From the NCBI RefSeq assembly GCF_003325475.1, contig NZ_CP029495.1:2631353-2695352 (forward strand): 64,000 nt of DNA, written 5' to 3'. A program made the position numbers and the translations under genes. The notes beneath the pieces are model-generated. The model was not told the DNA's origin. It was given only the letters and a program-made list of their open reading frames with translations, and made no database searches. This DNA comes from Chromobacterium phragmitis. Its GTDB lineage: Bacteria > Pseudomonadota > Gammaproteobacteria > Burkholderiales > Chromobacteriaceae. The number at the start of each line of letters is the position of its first letter. The stretch's first letter is position 1. Shown one piece after another: positions 9,328 through 19,503 of this stretch.

Positions 9328-9765
9328 TTAGAGCGGCGCGATCAGCGACGATTCCTTGACGCCGTCCTGGCCGGTTTTCTCATCGACCTCCTGTACCTTG
9401 TTGCGAGCGTAGAGCACGCCCATCTTGACCTCTTGCCAGACGTAGTAGATCTTGCCCGCTACGGTGTCTAGGGTCAGGCTGGAGTCATTTTCCGCTTGGC
9501 CCACGATGGTGTGCTTGCCGGCGGGAAGGTCTGTCATGATATAGCTCTTGGCGACGGTGCTGCCGGCGGGTTTGTTGTCGATCAACACGGGCATCTTGAC
9601 GGCGGCACCCATATTTTCGTTGCGATAGATATAAACGCGGGATGCGTTAGCCGAGACTTTGAACTCTTTGGCGGAGGCATCCGCCTCTTGGGTGGCCATC
9701 GGAGTGGAGGCGCAGGCGCTCAAGCCGGCGACCAGTGCTGCTGCGATCAAAATACGCATGATCAT
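9328..9765 (-). CDS. Small lipoprotein (DUF2846-like)
   Basis: Signal peptide with lipobox LSAC, 145 aa, GC3-rich. Confidence 0.55.
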   Translation of the reverse strand: MIMRILIAAALVAGLSACASTPMATQEADASAKEFKVSANASRVYIYRNENMGAAVKMPVLIDNKPAGSTVAKSYIMTDLPAGKHTIVGQAENDSSLTLDTVAGKIYYVWQEVKMGVLYARNKVQEVDEKTGQDGVKESSLIAPL

Positions 9766-9838
9766 TTTCTGCTGGTTGATGAAGCGGAGTATGATAATGG
9801 TGAGTTGTAAATTTGTGTAAAGTTTGTCGTGGCGTTAA

Positions 9839-10588
9839 TTATTCGTGCATCGCCAGGAAGCCGCGAAGCCGGCTTTCGATGATGCGCGGGTTCTCGCCGT
9901 TGGCGATGGCCACCACGCCTTCCACCACCAGCTCCTTCATCGCGATTTCCGAGGCCACCAGGTGCTTGAGCTTGTTGCCCATCGGCAGAAAGAACAAGTT
10001 GGCCGAGCCCACGCCGTAGACGGTGGCGACGAAGGCCACCGCGATGCCGCCGCCCAGCTTGGACGGGTCGGACAGGTTCTCCATCACGTGGATCAGGCCC
10101 AGCACCGCGCCCAGAATGCCCATGGTCGGCGCGTAGCCGCCGGCCGACTCCCAGATGCGGGCTGACTGTTTGCGGGCATGCTCGAACATGCTGATTTCCA
10201 CCTCCATCACCGCGCGCAGCGTATCCGGCTCGGTGCCGTCCACCAGCATCTGCAGCGCCTTCTTGGTGAAGGGGTCGCGCTGGGCGGCGATCATGCCCTC
10301 CAGCGCCAAGAGGCCGCCCTTGCGCGAGGTCTGGCTCCAGTTGACCACCTCGCGGATCATCTTTTCATGATCGAAGTTGGGCGGGCGGAAAATCCAGCGC
10401 AGCATGCGCAGGCCGGCCATGAATTGCTTGGGCGTGCTTTGCAGCATCACCGCGCTGGTGGTGCCGCCGATGACGATCATGAAGGCGGTCAGCTGCATCA
10501 GCGAACCGATATTGCCCCCTTCGATGGCCTGGCCGGCGATGATGGCGGTCAAACCCATGACGATGGCGATGAGACTGATCTTGTCCAC
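9839..10588 (-). CDS. motA: Flagellar motor stator protein, MotA/PomA family
   Basis: 249 aa, four TM segments, conserved MotA C-terminal region (…GILGAVLGLIHVMENL…). No MotB-like partner adjacent. Confidence 0.75.
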   Translation of the reverse strand: MDKISLIAIVMGLTAIIAGQAIEGGNIGSLMQLTAFMIVIGGTTSAVMLQSTPKQFMAGLRMLRWIFRPPNFDHEKMIREVVNWSQTSRKGGLLALEGMIAAQRDPFTKKALQMLVDGTEPDTLRAVMEVEISMFEHARKQSARIWESAGGYAPTMGILGAVLGLIHVMENLSDPSKLGGGIAVAFVATVYGVGSANLFFLPMGNKLKHLVASEIAMKELVVEGVVAIANGENPRIIESRLRGFLAMHE

Positions 10589-10644
10589 AAGAAGGTTCCG
10601 TTATCGAGCTGGTCTGAGGTCCGGCGTTCATGCCGGACCTTCCC

Positions 10645-11391
10645 TTACAGCCAGTCTTTCAATTTGGCGCGCAGCCGGGCGATGGCCTGGCTGTGCAGCT
10701 GGCAGACGCGGGACTCGGTGACGCCGAGCACCGCGCCGATTTCCTTCAGATTCAGTTCCTGTTCGTAGTACAGTGCCATCACCAGTTGGTCGCGCTCGGG
10801 CAGAAACTTGATCGCGCTGACCAGGTGCCGGCGGAAATTGTCGTCGGACAGCGCGGCCAGTGGATCGGGCGAGTCTTCATCGGCGACGTTGGCCACCGGA
10901 TTGTGGCTGCCCTCGTCGTCGCCGGTGCTGAAATCTTCGAAATGCAGCAGCGTGGTGCCCTTGCAGTCGCCGAGCATATCCTGGTACTGCTCCAGCTCCA
11001 GCCCCATTTCCGCGGCGATTTCCGACTCCAGCGGCGCGTGCCCTAGCTGCTGCTCCAGCTTGGAGATGGCTTCCTCGATCTGGCGCGAATTGCGGCGCGC
11101 TTGGCGCGGCAGCCAGTCTTCGCGCCGAAGCTCGTCCAGCATCGCGCCGCGTATGCGCTGGCTGGCGAAGGTTTCAAATTGCACGCCCTGGGCCGGGTCG
11201 AACTGGCGCGCGGCCTCGATCAGGCCGATCATGCCGACCTGGACCAGGTCTCCCAGCTCCACCGACGCCGGCAGCCGCGCGATCATGATGCCGGCGAGCT
11301 TGCGCACCAGCGGCGTATAGGCTTCCACGTCTATCTCGACGCTGGGGGCCGCTGTTGCATAGCCCGATCGGCGGAAGGACGGAAAGGTCAT
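10645..11391 (-). CDS. fliA: Flagellar sigma factor FliA (sigma-28)
   Basis: Sigma-70 regions 2 and 4 (…VQVGMIGLIEAARQFDP…; C-terminal HTH …LKEIGAVLGVTESRVCQLHSQAI…). Start set at the internal Met (MTFPSF…), giving about 248 aa. ATGA-type overlap with the flhG stop. Confidence 0.85.
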   Translation of the reverse strand: MTFPSFRRSGYATAAPSVEIDVEAYTPLVRKLAGIMIARLPASVELGDLVQVGMIGLIEAARQFDPAQGVQFETFASQRIRGAMLDELRREDWLPRQARRNSRQIEEAISKLEQQLGHAPLESEIAAEMGLELEQYQDMLGDCKGTTLLHFEDFSTGDDEGSHNPVANVADEDSPDPLAALSDDNFRRHLVSAIKFLPERDQLVMALYYEQELNLKEIGAVLGVTESRVCQLHSQAIARLRAKLKDWL

Positions 11392-12272
11392 AAGGGTTTG
11401 GCTCCATCCGCCTCGGCCCAATCGCGCGAGGCGGCAATCAGCAGGTCCATGTATCCGGTGCTGTCGCGCGCGCTTTCCGGCGCGTCCCATTGCAACAGTA
11501 CCGCAGACAGTTGCGAGAAGGCCATCGCCGCCTCGCTGTCGGGAAATGCTTCCATCAGCGGCCGGCGTAGCGTCTGGCTGCGGCGCACCGCATTGTCGTG
11601 CGGCACGAAGCCGACCCAGCGCAGGGACACGGTCAGGAACTCGCTGGTGACCGCCGACAGCCGGGTGAACAGTTCGTGCGCTTCCTCCAGGTGGCGCGCG
11701 CGGTTGACCAGCACGTTGAAGCGCTGGCGGCCGTAACGGCTGGCCAAGCGCTTGATATTAGCGTAGGCGGTGGTCAGCGAGTCGGCATCCGGTGTTAATA
11801 CCAAAATCAGATTATCCGCCACGCTGGCGGGGATGGGATCGCGCGTCGGAGCCGGCGCGTCGACCAGCAAGGCCGACGCGTCGCGCTCCAGCGCGCCGAA
11901 TTCGCTGCCCAAGCGCAACCATAGCTGGGTGGAGAATAGCGCGCGCTGCTCCGGTTGCGCATAGAGATTGATCAACTGAACGCCTTGCCGCGACACTACC
12001 ATCATTTCGTCCAACCCGCCGACGCTGACGACCTGGCTTTCCAGCGTGGCGGTGGCGGGCACGCCAAGGCGCCGGGTTTGCACCTGGCCCAGGCAGCAGT
12101 CCACCACGGTGGGGCGCAAGCCGGCGTAGGCAAGACCGAGCGAGAGCTCGGTCACCACGGTGCTGGCGCCTGAGTGCGGCGAGCCGATGAAGGCGAAGCT
12201 TGGCGCGCGCTGCTGCTGGGCGGCGATGCGGCGGAGACTGGCGGCCTGATCCTGCATTTCGTTCATAGCCAT
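11388..12272 (-). CDS. flhG: Flagellar number regulator FlhG/FleN (MinD-like ATPase)
   Basis: Deviant Walker A (…GSPHSGASTVVTELSL…) and MinD/ParA-like body. Real start at the MAMNEMQ Met; the longer track ORF is an upstream artefact. Overlaps the flhF stop. Confidence 0.8.
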   Translation of the reverse strand: MAMNEMQDQAASLRRIAAQQQRAPSFAFIGSPHSGASTVVTELSLGLAYAGLRPTVVDCCLGQVQTRRLGVPATATLESQVVSVGGLDEMMVVSRQGVQLINLYAQPEQRALFSTQLWLRLGSEFGALERDASALLVDAPAPTRDPIPASVADNLILVLTPDADSLTTAYANIKRLASRYGRQRFNVLVNRARHLEEAHELFTRLSAVTSEFLTVSLRWVGFVPHDNAVRRSQTLRRPLMEAFPDSEAAMAFSQLSAVLLQWDAPESARDSTGYMDLLIAASRDWAEADGAKPL

Positions 12273-13690
12273 CCGGCCTGCGCCGCCTGCATGATGGGCA
12301 TCTCGTCGGTCTGCAGCGAGAATGGCGAGGCGATCTGCTGCGCGCGCATCGCGCGGTCGATCAGGAAGGCGGCGTTGGCCGCGTGCAGGTCTTCCGGCAC
12401 GCGCTGGCCGTTGGTGATGTAATAAAGCTTGAGCCGGTTGCGGATGATCACGTCCAGGCTGGGGCCCTGGGCCACCGCTTCGTCTATCTTGGACAGGATG
12501 CAGCCGGCGAGGCCGTCGCCGCGGTAGCGCTTCACCACGTCTTCCAGCGTGTGGCCGTCGGTGTTGGCGGCCAGCAGCAGCAGCCGCTCGATCGGGCGGC
12601 CGGCGGTGCGCAGCATGTCTATCTGCGCCAGCACGCGGGCGTCGCGCTGGCCCATGCCCACGGTGTCGATGAATACGATGTGGCGGTTGGACAAGTCGGC
12701 CAGCGTCAGTTGCAAGTCGCCCTCGTTCTGGATCGAGAACACCGGCACACCCAGAATCTTGCCATAGATGCGCAGCTGGTCCTGAGCGCCGATCCGATAG
12801 CTGTCGGTGGTGATCAGCGCCACGTGCTGGGCGCCGAAGCGCATCGTCGCGCGGGCGGCCAGCTTGGCCACGGTGGTGGTCTTGCCGACGCCGGTGGGGC
12901 CCACCAGCGCGAAAATGCCGCCGCGGTCCATCACCTCGCGGTCCGCGTCCGCGCATTTGAGGTTGTGCGCCAGCGCCGACCGCGCCCATTTCACCGCGAC
13001 TTCGGCCTGGTACTGCGCCGGCATCTTTTCTATCAACTGACGGATCAGCTGGGCGGAGAAGCCCATCGCCAGCAGGTGTTTGAACAGCTCCAGCCGGTTG
13101 GGCGCCTTGCCCTCCATGTCAGACCAGGCGAAGCTGGCCAGCTGGCTCTGCAGCAGGCTTCTGAGCAGCTTGATCTCATCGCCGATCTGCTTGAGCTCCT
13201 GGGCCATTTGCTCCGGCTCCTCGCCGTTGGCGTGGGCCGCCGGGGACTCCGGCGCCGATGGGCGCGGGGCGGAGCGGGGCGGGGCCGCCGGCGCGGGTTG
13301 CGGGGCGGCGGCTGGAGGCGTGAAGACCGGCTCGATGCGCGGCGGCGCGGTTTCCAGCCGAGGCGGGGCGGGGCTTTCCAGTGGCTCCACCGGCATGGCG
13401 TAAGTGCGCGCGATGGCGCGGTTGACCGCGCTGCCGTTGGACTGGGGAATGGGCGCGGGTTGCTGCGGCGGGCGGCTGGCCGGCGGCGCGTTGCGCGGCG
13501 GATGCTTGCTCGAGGAGGGGGACAGCGTGCTGGCCAGGTTGGCGACGTCCGCGTCGGCCACCGCCATGATTTCCACGCCGCCGCCCATGGTGGGGCGATT
13601 GGACAAGATGAGGGCGTCGGCCCCCAGTTCTTCGCGAACTTGCCGCAGCGCGTCTCGAGTGGTTTTCCCGAAGAACTTTTTTACTACCAT
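12263..13690 (-). CDS. flhF: Flagellar biosynthesis GTPase FlhF (SRP-type)
   Basis: N-terminal MVVKKFFGKTTRDAL…, proline-rich linker, SRP-GTPase motifs GPTGVGKTTT and DTVG. Confidence 0.9.
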   Translation of the reverse strand: MVVKKFFGKTTRDALRQVREELGADALILSNRPTMGGGVEIMAVADADVANLASTLSPSSSKHPPRNAPPASRPPQQPAPIPQSNGSAVNRAIARTYAMPVEPLESPAPPRLETAPPRIEPVFTPPAAAPQPAPAAPPRSAPRPSAPESPAAHANGEEPEQMAQELKQIGDEIKLLRSLLQSQLASFAWSDMEGKAPNRLELFKHLLAMGFSAQLIRQLIEKMPAQYQAEVAVKWARSALAHNLKCADADREVMDRGGIFALVGPTGVGKTTTVAKLAARATMRFGAQHVALITTDSYRIGAQDQLRIYGKILGVPVFSIQNEGDLQLTLADLSNRHIVFIDTVGMGQRDARVLAQIDMLRTAGRPIERLLLLAANTDGHTLEDVVKRYRGDGLAGCILSKIDEAVAQGPSLDVIIRNRLKLYYITNGQRVPEDLHAANAAFLIDRAMRAQQIASPFSLQTDEMPIMQAAQAGWL

Positions 13691-13696
13691 TGTCGA

Positions 13697-15781
13697 TTAG
13701 CCTTTGCTACCGCCGATTACCGCAATTATACGAATGGATTTATTATCCGGAATCTCATTATGCGAAATCACACGCAGCTGCGGCAATGCCCGGCGCAGAA
13801 AACGCGCCAGCAGCGGCCGCAGTCCGGGCGGCGTCAGCAGCACCGGATTGTATCCCTGGATTTCCACTTGCTCTGTCTGCTGCGCCGCGCTGGACAGCAG
13901 GTTTTCCGCGAGGCCGGGCTCGAGCCCGCCTCCTGCCTTGGACTGCACCGCCTGCATCAGCACGCTTTCCAGCTGCGGCTCCAGCGTCATCAAGGGCAGC
14001 TCCGCCTCGCCGGGGAACAGCTGCTGGACGATCACCCGCGACAGCGCGGTGCGCACCGCGCTGGTGAGCTCGTCGATGTCCTGGTTCTGCGGGACGTGGT
14101 CGGCCAGCGTTTCCACGATGGTGCGGAAGTCGCGGATGTGAATCCCTTCCGACAATAGCTGCTGCAGCACCTTCTGCAAAATGCCCAGCGGCACCACCTT
14201 GGGCACCAGGTCTTCGATCAGCTTGGGCGACTCCTTGGCCTGATGGTCTATCAAGGCCTGGACCTCTTCGCGGCCCAGCAGTTCCGCCGCATGCGTTTGC
14301 AGCAGGTTGGAAATGTGAGTGGCCACCACGGTGCTGGCGTCCACCACGGTGTAGCCCAGGCTTTGCGCCTCTTCGCGCTTGCCGGCGTCTATCCACACCG
14401 CCGGCAGGCCGAAGGCGGGGTCGGTGGTGGCGGCGCCGGCGATCTCCTTGCTGACCATGCCGGGGTTGATGGCCAGGAACTGGCCGATGAAGGCCTCGCC
14501 CTTGCCCAGCTCCACGCCCTTGAGCAGGATGCGGTAAGCGTTGGGCTTGATTTCCAGATTGTCGCGGATGTGCACCGGCGGCACCAGGAAGCCCAGGTCT
14601 TGGGCGATCTTCTTGCGAATGCCGCGGATGCGGCGCAGCAGTTCGCCATCCTGGCTGCGGTCCACCAGCGGAATGAGCCGGTAGCCGACCTCCATGCCCA
14701 GCTGGTCGACGTGCTGCACGTCGTGCCAGCCCACTTCCGCGGCCTGCTGTTCCGGTTGGGCGGCGGGTTGAGCGGCGGCTTGCTGCTCTTGGACTTGCTG
14801 CTGACGCTTGCGTTTTTCCATGGAACGGGCCAGCGCCAGCAGGCCGCCTGCGATCAGCAGGAAGGAGAAGTGGGGCATGTTGGGGATCAGGCCTATCATG
14901 CCGATCACAGCCGAGGTGATGTACAGCACCTGCGGCTTGGTGAACAGCTGGCCCAGGAACTGCTCCGACATGTCCTGATCAGTGCCGACGCGCGTCACCA
15001 CGATGCCGGCGGCGGTAGAGATGATCAGCGCCGGAATCTGCGCCACCAAGCCGTCGCCGATGCTGAGCAGGGTGTAGGTTTCCGCCGCCTGGCCTACCGG
15101 GAGGTCGTGCTGGACCACGCCGACGATCAGGCCGCCGATCACGTTGATCAGGATGATCAGGATGCCGGCCATCGCGTCGCCGCGCACATATTTGGAGGCG
15201 CCATCCATCGCGCCGAAGAAGTTGGCTTCTTCAGCGATGGTGGCGCGGCGTTTGCGGGCGTCGTCCTCGCCGATCAGGCCGGCGTTGAGGTCGGCGTCGA
15301 TCGCCATCTGTTTGCCCGGCATGGCGTCCAGGGTGAAGCGGGCGGATACTTCGGCGATCCGGCCGGCGCCTTTGGTGATCACCACGAAGTTGATGATGGT
15401 GATGATGATGAACACCACGATGCCGATGGCGACGTTGCCGCCCACCAGGAAGTGGGAGAACGATTCGATCACTTTGCCGGCGGCATCCGGGCCGGTATGG
15501 CCTTCCAGCAGCACTACCCGGCTGGAGGCGACGTTCAGGGACAGCCGCAGCATGGTGGTGATCAGCAGCACGGACGGGAAGGACGAGAAGTCCAGCGGCT
15601 TTCGCACATTGATGCCGACCAGCAGCACGATCACCGACACCGCGATGTTGAAGGTGAAAAAGATGTCCAGCAGCACCGGCGGCAAAGGCAGCACCATCAT
15701 CGCCAGGATCAGGATGATGAGCACCGGCCCGGCGAGCTGGGAGATCTTCAGGCGCTTGAGGATTTGGAGGATGGCGTCCAT
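13697..15781 (-). CDS. flhA: Flagellar export apparatus protein FlhA
   Basis: 694 aa with N-terminal multi-TM domain and C-terminal cytoplasmic FlhA domain. Confidence 0.92.
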   Translation of the reverse strand: MDAILQILKRLKISQLAGPVLIILILAMMVLPLPPVLLDIFFTFNIAVSVIVLLVGINVRKPLDFSSFPSVLLITTMLRLSLNVASSRVVLLEGHTGPDAAGKVIESFSHFLVGGNVAIGIVVFIIITIINFVVITKGAGRIAEVSARFTLDAMPGKQMAIDADLNAGLIGEDDARKRRATIAEEANFFGAMDGASKYVRGDAMAGILIILINVIGGLIVGVVQHDLPVGQAAETYTLLSIGDGLVAQIPALIISTAAGIVVTRVGTDQDMSEQFLGQLFTKPQVLYITSAVIGMIGLIPNMPHFSFLLIAGGLLALARSMEKRKRQQQVQEQQAAAQPAAQPEQQAAEVGWHDVQHVDQLGMEVGYRLIPLVDRSQDGELLRRIRGIRKKIAQDLGFLVPPVHIRDNLEIKPNAYRILLKGVELGKGEAFIGQFLAINPGMVSKEIAGAATTDPAFGLPAVWIDAGKREEAQSLGYTVVDASTVVATHISNLLQTHAAELLGREEVQALIDHQAKESPKLIEDLVPKVVPLGILQKVLQQLLSEGIHIRDFRTIVETLADHVPQNQDIDELTSAVRTALSRVIVQQLFPGEAELPLMTLEPQLESVLMQAVQSKAGGGLEPGLAENLLSSAAQQTEQVEIQGYNPVLLTPPGLRPLLARFLRRALPQLRVISHNEIPDNKSIRIIAVIGGSKG

Positions 15782-15787
15782 GCTGGC

Positions 15788-16954
15788 TTATCGGCTTTCT
15801 TCTGGCGCCGAATCTTGCTGACGTTTGCTGTACGGGTCAAGCTCGTCCGGCACATCCAGTTGGTCCGGGTAGACCGGGGCCACGCCGCCCACCGCCTGGT
15901 ACTGGCGCAATTGGAACACGTAGGCCAGCACCTGGGCCGCCGCCGCGTACAGCTGGGCGGGGATGTCCTGGCCCAGTTCGGCGTGGAAATACAGCGCCCG
16001 GGCGAAGCGGGGCGAGCGCATGATGGGCACGTGATTGTCCTTGCCGCTGTCTATGATTTTTTCCGCCAGGATCAGAGAGCCCTTGGCCACCACCTGCGGC
16101 GCGCGCATGGTGTCGTCGTATTTCAGCGCCACCGCGAAGTGCGTCGGGTTGGTGACGATCACATTGGCCTTGGGCACTTCCTGCATCATCCGCTTGCGCG
16201 CCGCCTCGCGCTGCAGCTGGCGGATGCGGCCCTTTACTTCCGGAGAGCCGTCCATTTCCTTGAACTCCTGCTTGACCTCTTCCTTGGTCATCCGCAATTT
16301 TTTGTAGTAACTCCATAGCTGATAGGGAACATCTATCGCCACCAGCAAAATCATCGCGGCGGTGACGATGAAGAAGGTATGGATGATCAGGTCGGTCATC
16401 TTCTGAATGCCAGCCTCCAGCGGCATGGCCAGCAGGCCGATGATTTCGCCGCGCTCCTTCCAGATGTACCAGGTGGCGATGCCGCCTATCAGCAGGCTCT
16501 TCAGTATCGCCTTCACGCCTTCGGTGACGGCGTTCAGCGAGAACAGCCGCTTGATGCCGGACAGCGGGTTCATCTTGCCGAAATTGGGCTCAAGAGCCTT
16601 GAAGGTGAGATTCCAGCCCCCGATTAGGGTGGGGGTGAAAATGGCAACCAAGGCCAGGCCGCCAAAAAAAGGGGCCAGTTCCCATAACGCTCCGAACAAG
16701 CTTTCCTTGAACCGCACCAGCGCCGGCTCGGCGTTCTGCACCGTGGTCTGATCGAAGGTGAGCAGGCGGTGCATGGTGTCGCCAAGGAAGCGTCCGAGCT
16801 TGCCGCCCATCACCATCAGCAACGCGACCCCGGTCATGGTGACGGCGAAGGTGGACAGTTCCCGGGAGCGGGGGATGTTGCCATCTTCCCTGGCAGTCGA
16901 CAGCCGTTTGGCTGACGCGGGTTCTGTTCGTTCGAGGTCGGAGTCTTCAGCCAT
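15788..16954 (-). CDS. flhB: Flagellar export apparatus protein FlhB
   Basis: 388 aa, contains the NPTH autocleavage motif (…VIVTNPTHFAVAL…). Confidence 0.92.
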   Translation of the reverse strand: MAEDSDLERTEPASAKRLSTAREDGNIPRSRELSTFAVTMTGVALLMVMGGKLGRFLGDTMHRLLTFDQTTVQNAEPALVRFKESLFGALWELAPFFGGLALVAIFTPTLIGGWNLTFKALEPNFGKMNPLSGIKRLFSLNAVTEGVKAILKSLLIGGIATWYIWKERGEIIGLLAMPLEAGIQKMTDLIIHTFFIVTAAMILLVAIDVPYQLWSYYKKLRMTKEEVKQEFKEMDGSPEVKGRIRQLQREAARKRMMQEVPKANVIVTNPTHFAVALKYDDTMRAPQVVAKGSLILAEKIIDSGKDNHVPIMRSPRFARALYFHAELGQDIPAQLYAAAAQVLAYVFQLRQYQAVGGVAPVYPDQLDVPDELDPYSKRQQDSAPEESR

Positions 16955-17093
16955 GGGCTCTCTTCAGATAAATGCTTTTGTCTTGATTTTAAACTGAATG
17001 GTAGCTTACGCAGACGGGTTTCGGCCAGCCTTCCGCCTCGCGCCGACGGGCCGCTAGCGGTACAATAATCTGATTATTGACGGAATCGACCAC

Positions 17094-17888
17094 ATGCAAC
17101 AGTACCTCGATCTGATGCGCCATGTGCTGGAACATGGACACGACAAGGCCGACCGCACCGGCACCGGCACCCGCTCGGTGTTCGGCTACCAGATGCGCTT
17201 CAACCTGGCCGACGGTTTCCCGCTGGTCACCACCAAGAAATGCCATCTGCGCTCCATCATCCATGAATTGCTGTGGTTCCTGTCCGGCGACACCAATATC
17301 CGCTACCTGAAGGAAAACGGCGTGTCGATCTGGGACGAATGGGCCGACGAAAACGGCGACCTCGGCCCGGTTTACGGCTATCAGTGGCGCAGCTGGCCTG
17401 CGCCGGACGGCCGCCACATCGACCAGATCAGCCAACTGCTGGACATGATCCAGAAGACTCCGGATTCGCGCCGGCTGATCGTGTCGGCTTGGAATCCGGC
17501 GCTGGTGGACCAGATGGCGCTGCCGCCCTGCCATAGCCTGTTCCAGTTCTACGTCGCCGACGGCAAGCTGTCCTGCCAGTTGTACCAGCGCTCGGCGGAT
17601 ATCTTCCTCGGCGTCCCGTTCAACATCGCCAGCTACGCGTTGTTGACGATGATGGTGGCGCAGGTGTGCGGCCTTGAGCCCGGCGATTTCGTCCACACGC
17701 TGGGCGACGCCCACCTGTACAGCAATCATCTGGAGCAGGCCGAGCTGCAATTGTCGCGCGAGCCGCGGACCTTGCCGACGATGAGGTTGAATCCGGAGGT
17801 GAAGGACCTGTTCGCGTTCCAGTTCGAGGATTTCGCGCTGGAAGGCTACGACCCGCATCCGCACATCAAGGCGCAGGTGGCGGTATGA
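17094..17888 (+). CDS. thyA: Thymidylate synthase
   Basis: 264 aa. [15 protein letters not shown]…DRTGTGT… and active-site PCH in [13 protein letters not shown]. Confidence 0.95.
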   Translation: MQQYLDLMRHVLEHGHDKADRTGTGTRSVFGYQMRFNLADGFPLVTTKKCHLRSIIHELLWFLSGDTNIRYLKENGVSIWDEWADENGDLGPVYGYQWRSWPAPDGRHIDQISQLLDMIQKTPDSRRLIVSAWNPALVDQMALPPCHSLFQFYVADGKLSCQLYQRSADIFLGVPFNIASYALLTMMVAQVCGLEPGDFVHTLGDAHLYSNHLEQAELQLSREPRTLPTMRLNPEVKDLFAFQFEDFALEGYDPHPHIKAQVAV

Positions 17889-18376
17889 GCCAGAAGCCCA
17901 TCCTGACTCTGGTGGCCGCGATGGCGGCCAACCGCACCATAGGCGTGGACAATAAGCTGCCCTGGCATTTGCCTGAGGATCTGAAGCATTTCAAGGCGGC
18001 CACGCTGGGAAAACCGGTGATCATGGGCCGCAAGACCTGGGACTCGATCGGCAGGCCGCTGCCGGGCCGCCGCAACATCGTGGTGACCCGTCAGGCGGAC
18101 TGGGCTGCGGATGGCGCCGAGGCCGCGCATTCGTTGGAGGAGGCGCTGACGCTGGCTGGCGGGGTGGAGGAGGCGTGCCTGATCGGCGGCGCCGACCTGT
18201 ACCGCCAGGCGCTGGCGATGGCCGATCGGCTGTGCCTGACGGAAATCGGCCGCGATTACGACGGCGACGCCCACTTCCCGGTCTTTTCGCCCGAGGAATG
18301 GCGCGAGGCTTCGCGAGAGGAGGCGCTCAGCGCCGCCGGCCTGCCTTATGCCTTCGTCGAATACCGCCGCCGCTGA
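17885..18376 (+). CDS. folA: Dihydrofolate reductase
   Basis: 163 aa. IGxxNxLPW and [19 protein letters not shown] motifs. ATGA overlap with thyA. Confidence 0.92.
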   Translation: MSQKPILTLVAAMAANRTIGVDNKLPWHLPEDLKHFKAATLGKPVIMGRKTWDSIGRPLPGRRNIVVTRQADWAADGAEAAHSLEEALTLAGGVEEACLIGGADLYRQALAMADRLCLTEIGRDYDGDAHFPVFSPEEWREASREEALSAAGLPYAFVEYRRR

Positions 18377-18400
18377 GCGCCGCCGGCGCGAAAATCAAAA

Positions 18401-18420
18401 AGCTGCCCAGGCAGCCTTTT
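18401..18420. terminator. Short hairpin plus T-tract between convergent folA and the GntR gene
   Basis: GCTGCC-ca-GGCAGC followed by CTTTTG. Confidence 0.4.
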
Positions 18421-18442
18421 GATTGGCTTCGGAGACAAGCGC

Positions 18443-19111
18443 TCAGAGACCGCCTTCCAGTGCCTCGGCCGCGCTTTGCGCAAGCAGGCTGTAATCCTGG
18501 CCGAACTCGGCGATCATCTGCTTCAGGCGGCTGGTGTCGCGCGCGATCAGCGTTTTCAGCAGGCTCTCCAGAAATTCGTGGGTTCGCTCCATCTGGCTCT
18601 TGCCGGCGCGCAGGATCGCGTACAGGCAGCGCTGGGTCAGCGGCAGCATGTCGTTCAGCGTGTCGGTCAGGTAGCGGTTGTCGGCATGGCGGTACAGCGC
18701 CGACAGGAATTCGATGCCGTGCTCGTAGAAAGCCTGCAGGTCGTCGCGTCGATTGTCTTCCTCCAGCAGTGCCATCAACTCGATGAAGCGGGCCAGGTCG
18801 TCGTTTTGCCAGCTGGCGGCCAGGTTCTGTGCTACGCGGTCAAGCAACAGGAACCACAGTTCGAAGAAGTCGCGCACGTCGCGCGCGCCGATGCTGGACA
18901 CCACGGCGCCGCGGCGGGGAAAAATGTCCACCAGATGGCGGCGCTGCAAAATCAGCAAGGCCTCGCGCACCGAGCCCCGGCTCACCTCCAGCTCGGCTGC
19001 GATGCGCAGCTCCTGAATCCGCTCGCCCGGCTTCATTTCGCCCTGGATGATCTGTCTGCCTAAATATTGGGCGATCTGCTCGGTCAAGAGGTCATTGGCC
19101 TTGAATGTCAT
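18443..19111 (-). CDS. GntR-family (FadR/FCD subclass) transcriptional regulator
   Basis: N-terminal winged HTH (…ELRIAAELEVSRGSVREAL…) and all-helical C-terminal domain. 222 aa. Confidence 0.8.
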   Translation of the reverse strand: MTFKANDLLTEQIAQYLGRQIIQGEMKPGERIQELRIAAELEVSRGSVREALLILQRRHLVDIFPRRGAVVSSIGARDVRDFFELWFLLLDRVAQNLAASWQNDDLARFIELMALLEEDNRRDDLQAFYEHGIEFLSALYRHADNRYLTDTLNDMLPLTQRCLYAILRAGKSQMERTHEFLESLLKTLIARDTSRLKQMIAEFGQDYSLLAQSAAEALEGGL

Positions 19112-19464
19112 GAATCATCTCCGGAAATTGATTTTCTCGTTCTCTTGATATTGTACGGCATAGTTATGCCGGATTGTCCGGCAGTATCCTGTCGGTCTGC
19201 CCGTTTGTATCCAGCTAGCATGCGCGAGGCGCGGCACTGCCATGCCGGCTGCGCGCACCATGCGCGTCGGCGTTGAGGGCGGCTATGATATCAATCAGAT
19301 GATTAAAACGCATGTTTTCGTGTTGTGTTGACTTGTCTGGCAGGCGTTTTCTGCCATTTTTCACATTTAATCGAGCGCAAGCAGGCGGGGAGGGGGGCGT
19401 CAGGGAGAAAACCGGGCGGTGTCGGCGTTGGCGCGCGCCGCCATGCCGGTGGCAATGCAGAACG

Positions 19465-19487
19465 AAAAAAGCCCGGCCAGGCCGGGC
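19465..19487 (-). terminator. Rho-independent terminator downstream of ubiG
   Basis: GCCCGGC-cag-GCCGGGC hairpin with an A6 tract on + (T6 on the transcribed strand). Confidence 0.7.
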
Positions 19488-19503
19488 TTGGCCCTGAGCC
19501 GGC

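Noticed and set aside
11388-12989. 533-aa version of the flhG ORF
   Set aside because: The upstream 240 codons overlap flhF in another frame and are Arg/Pro/Gly-rich. The MinD-like protein begins at the MAMNEMQ Met (12272).
12383-16318. Long + strand ORFs (591 aa, 691 aa and others) across the flhF/flhA/flhB region
   Set aside because: Antisense to well-supported flagellar genes. Low-complexity composition.
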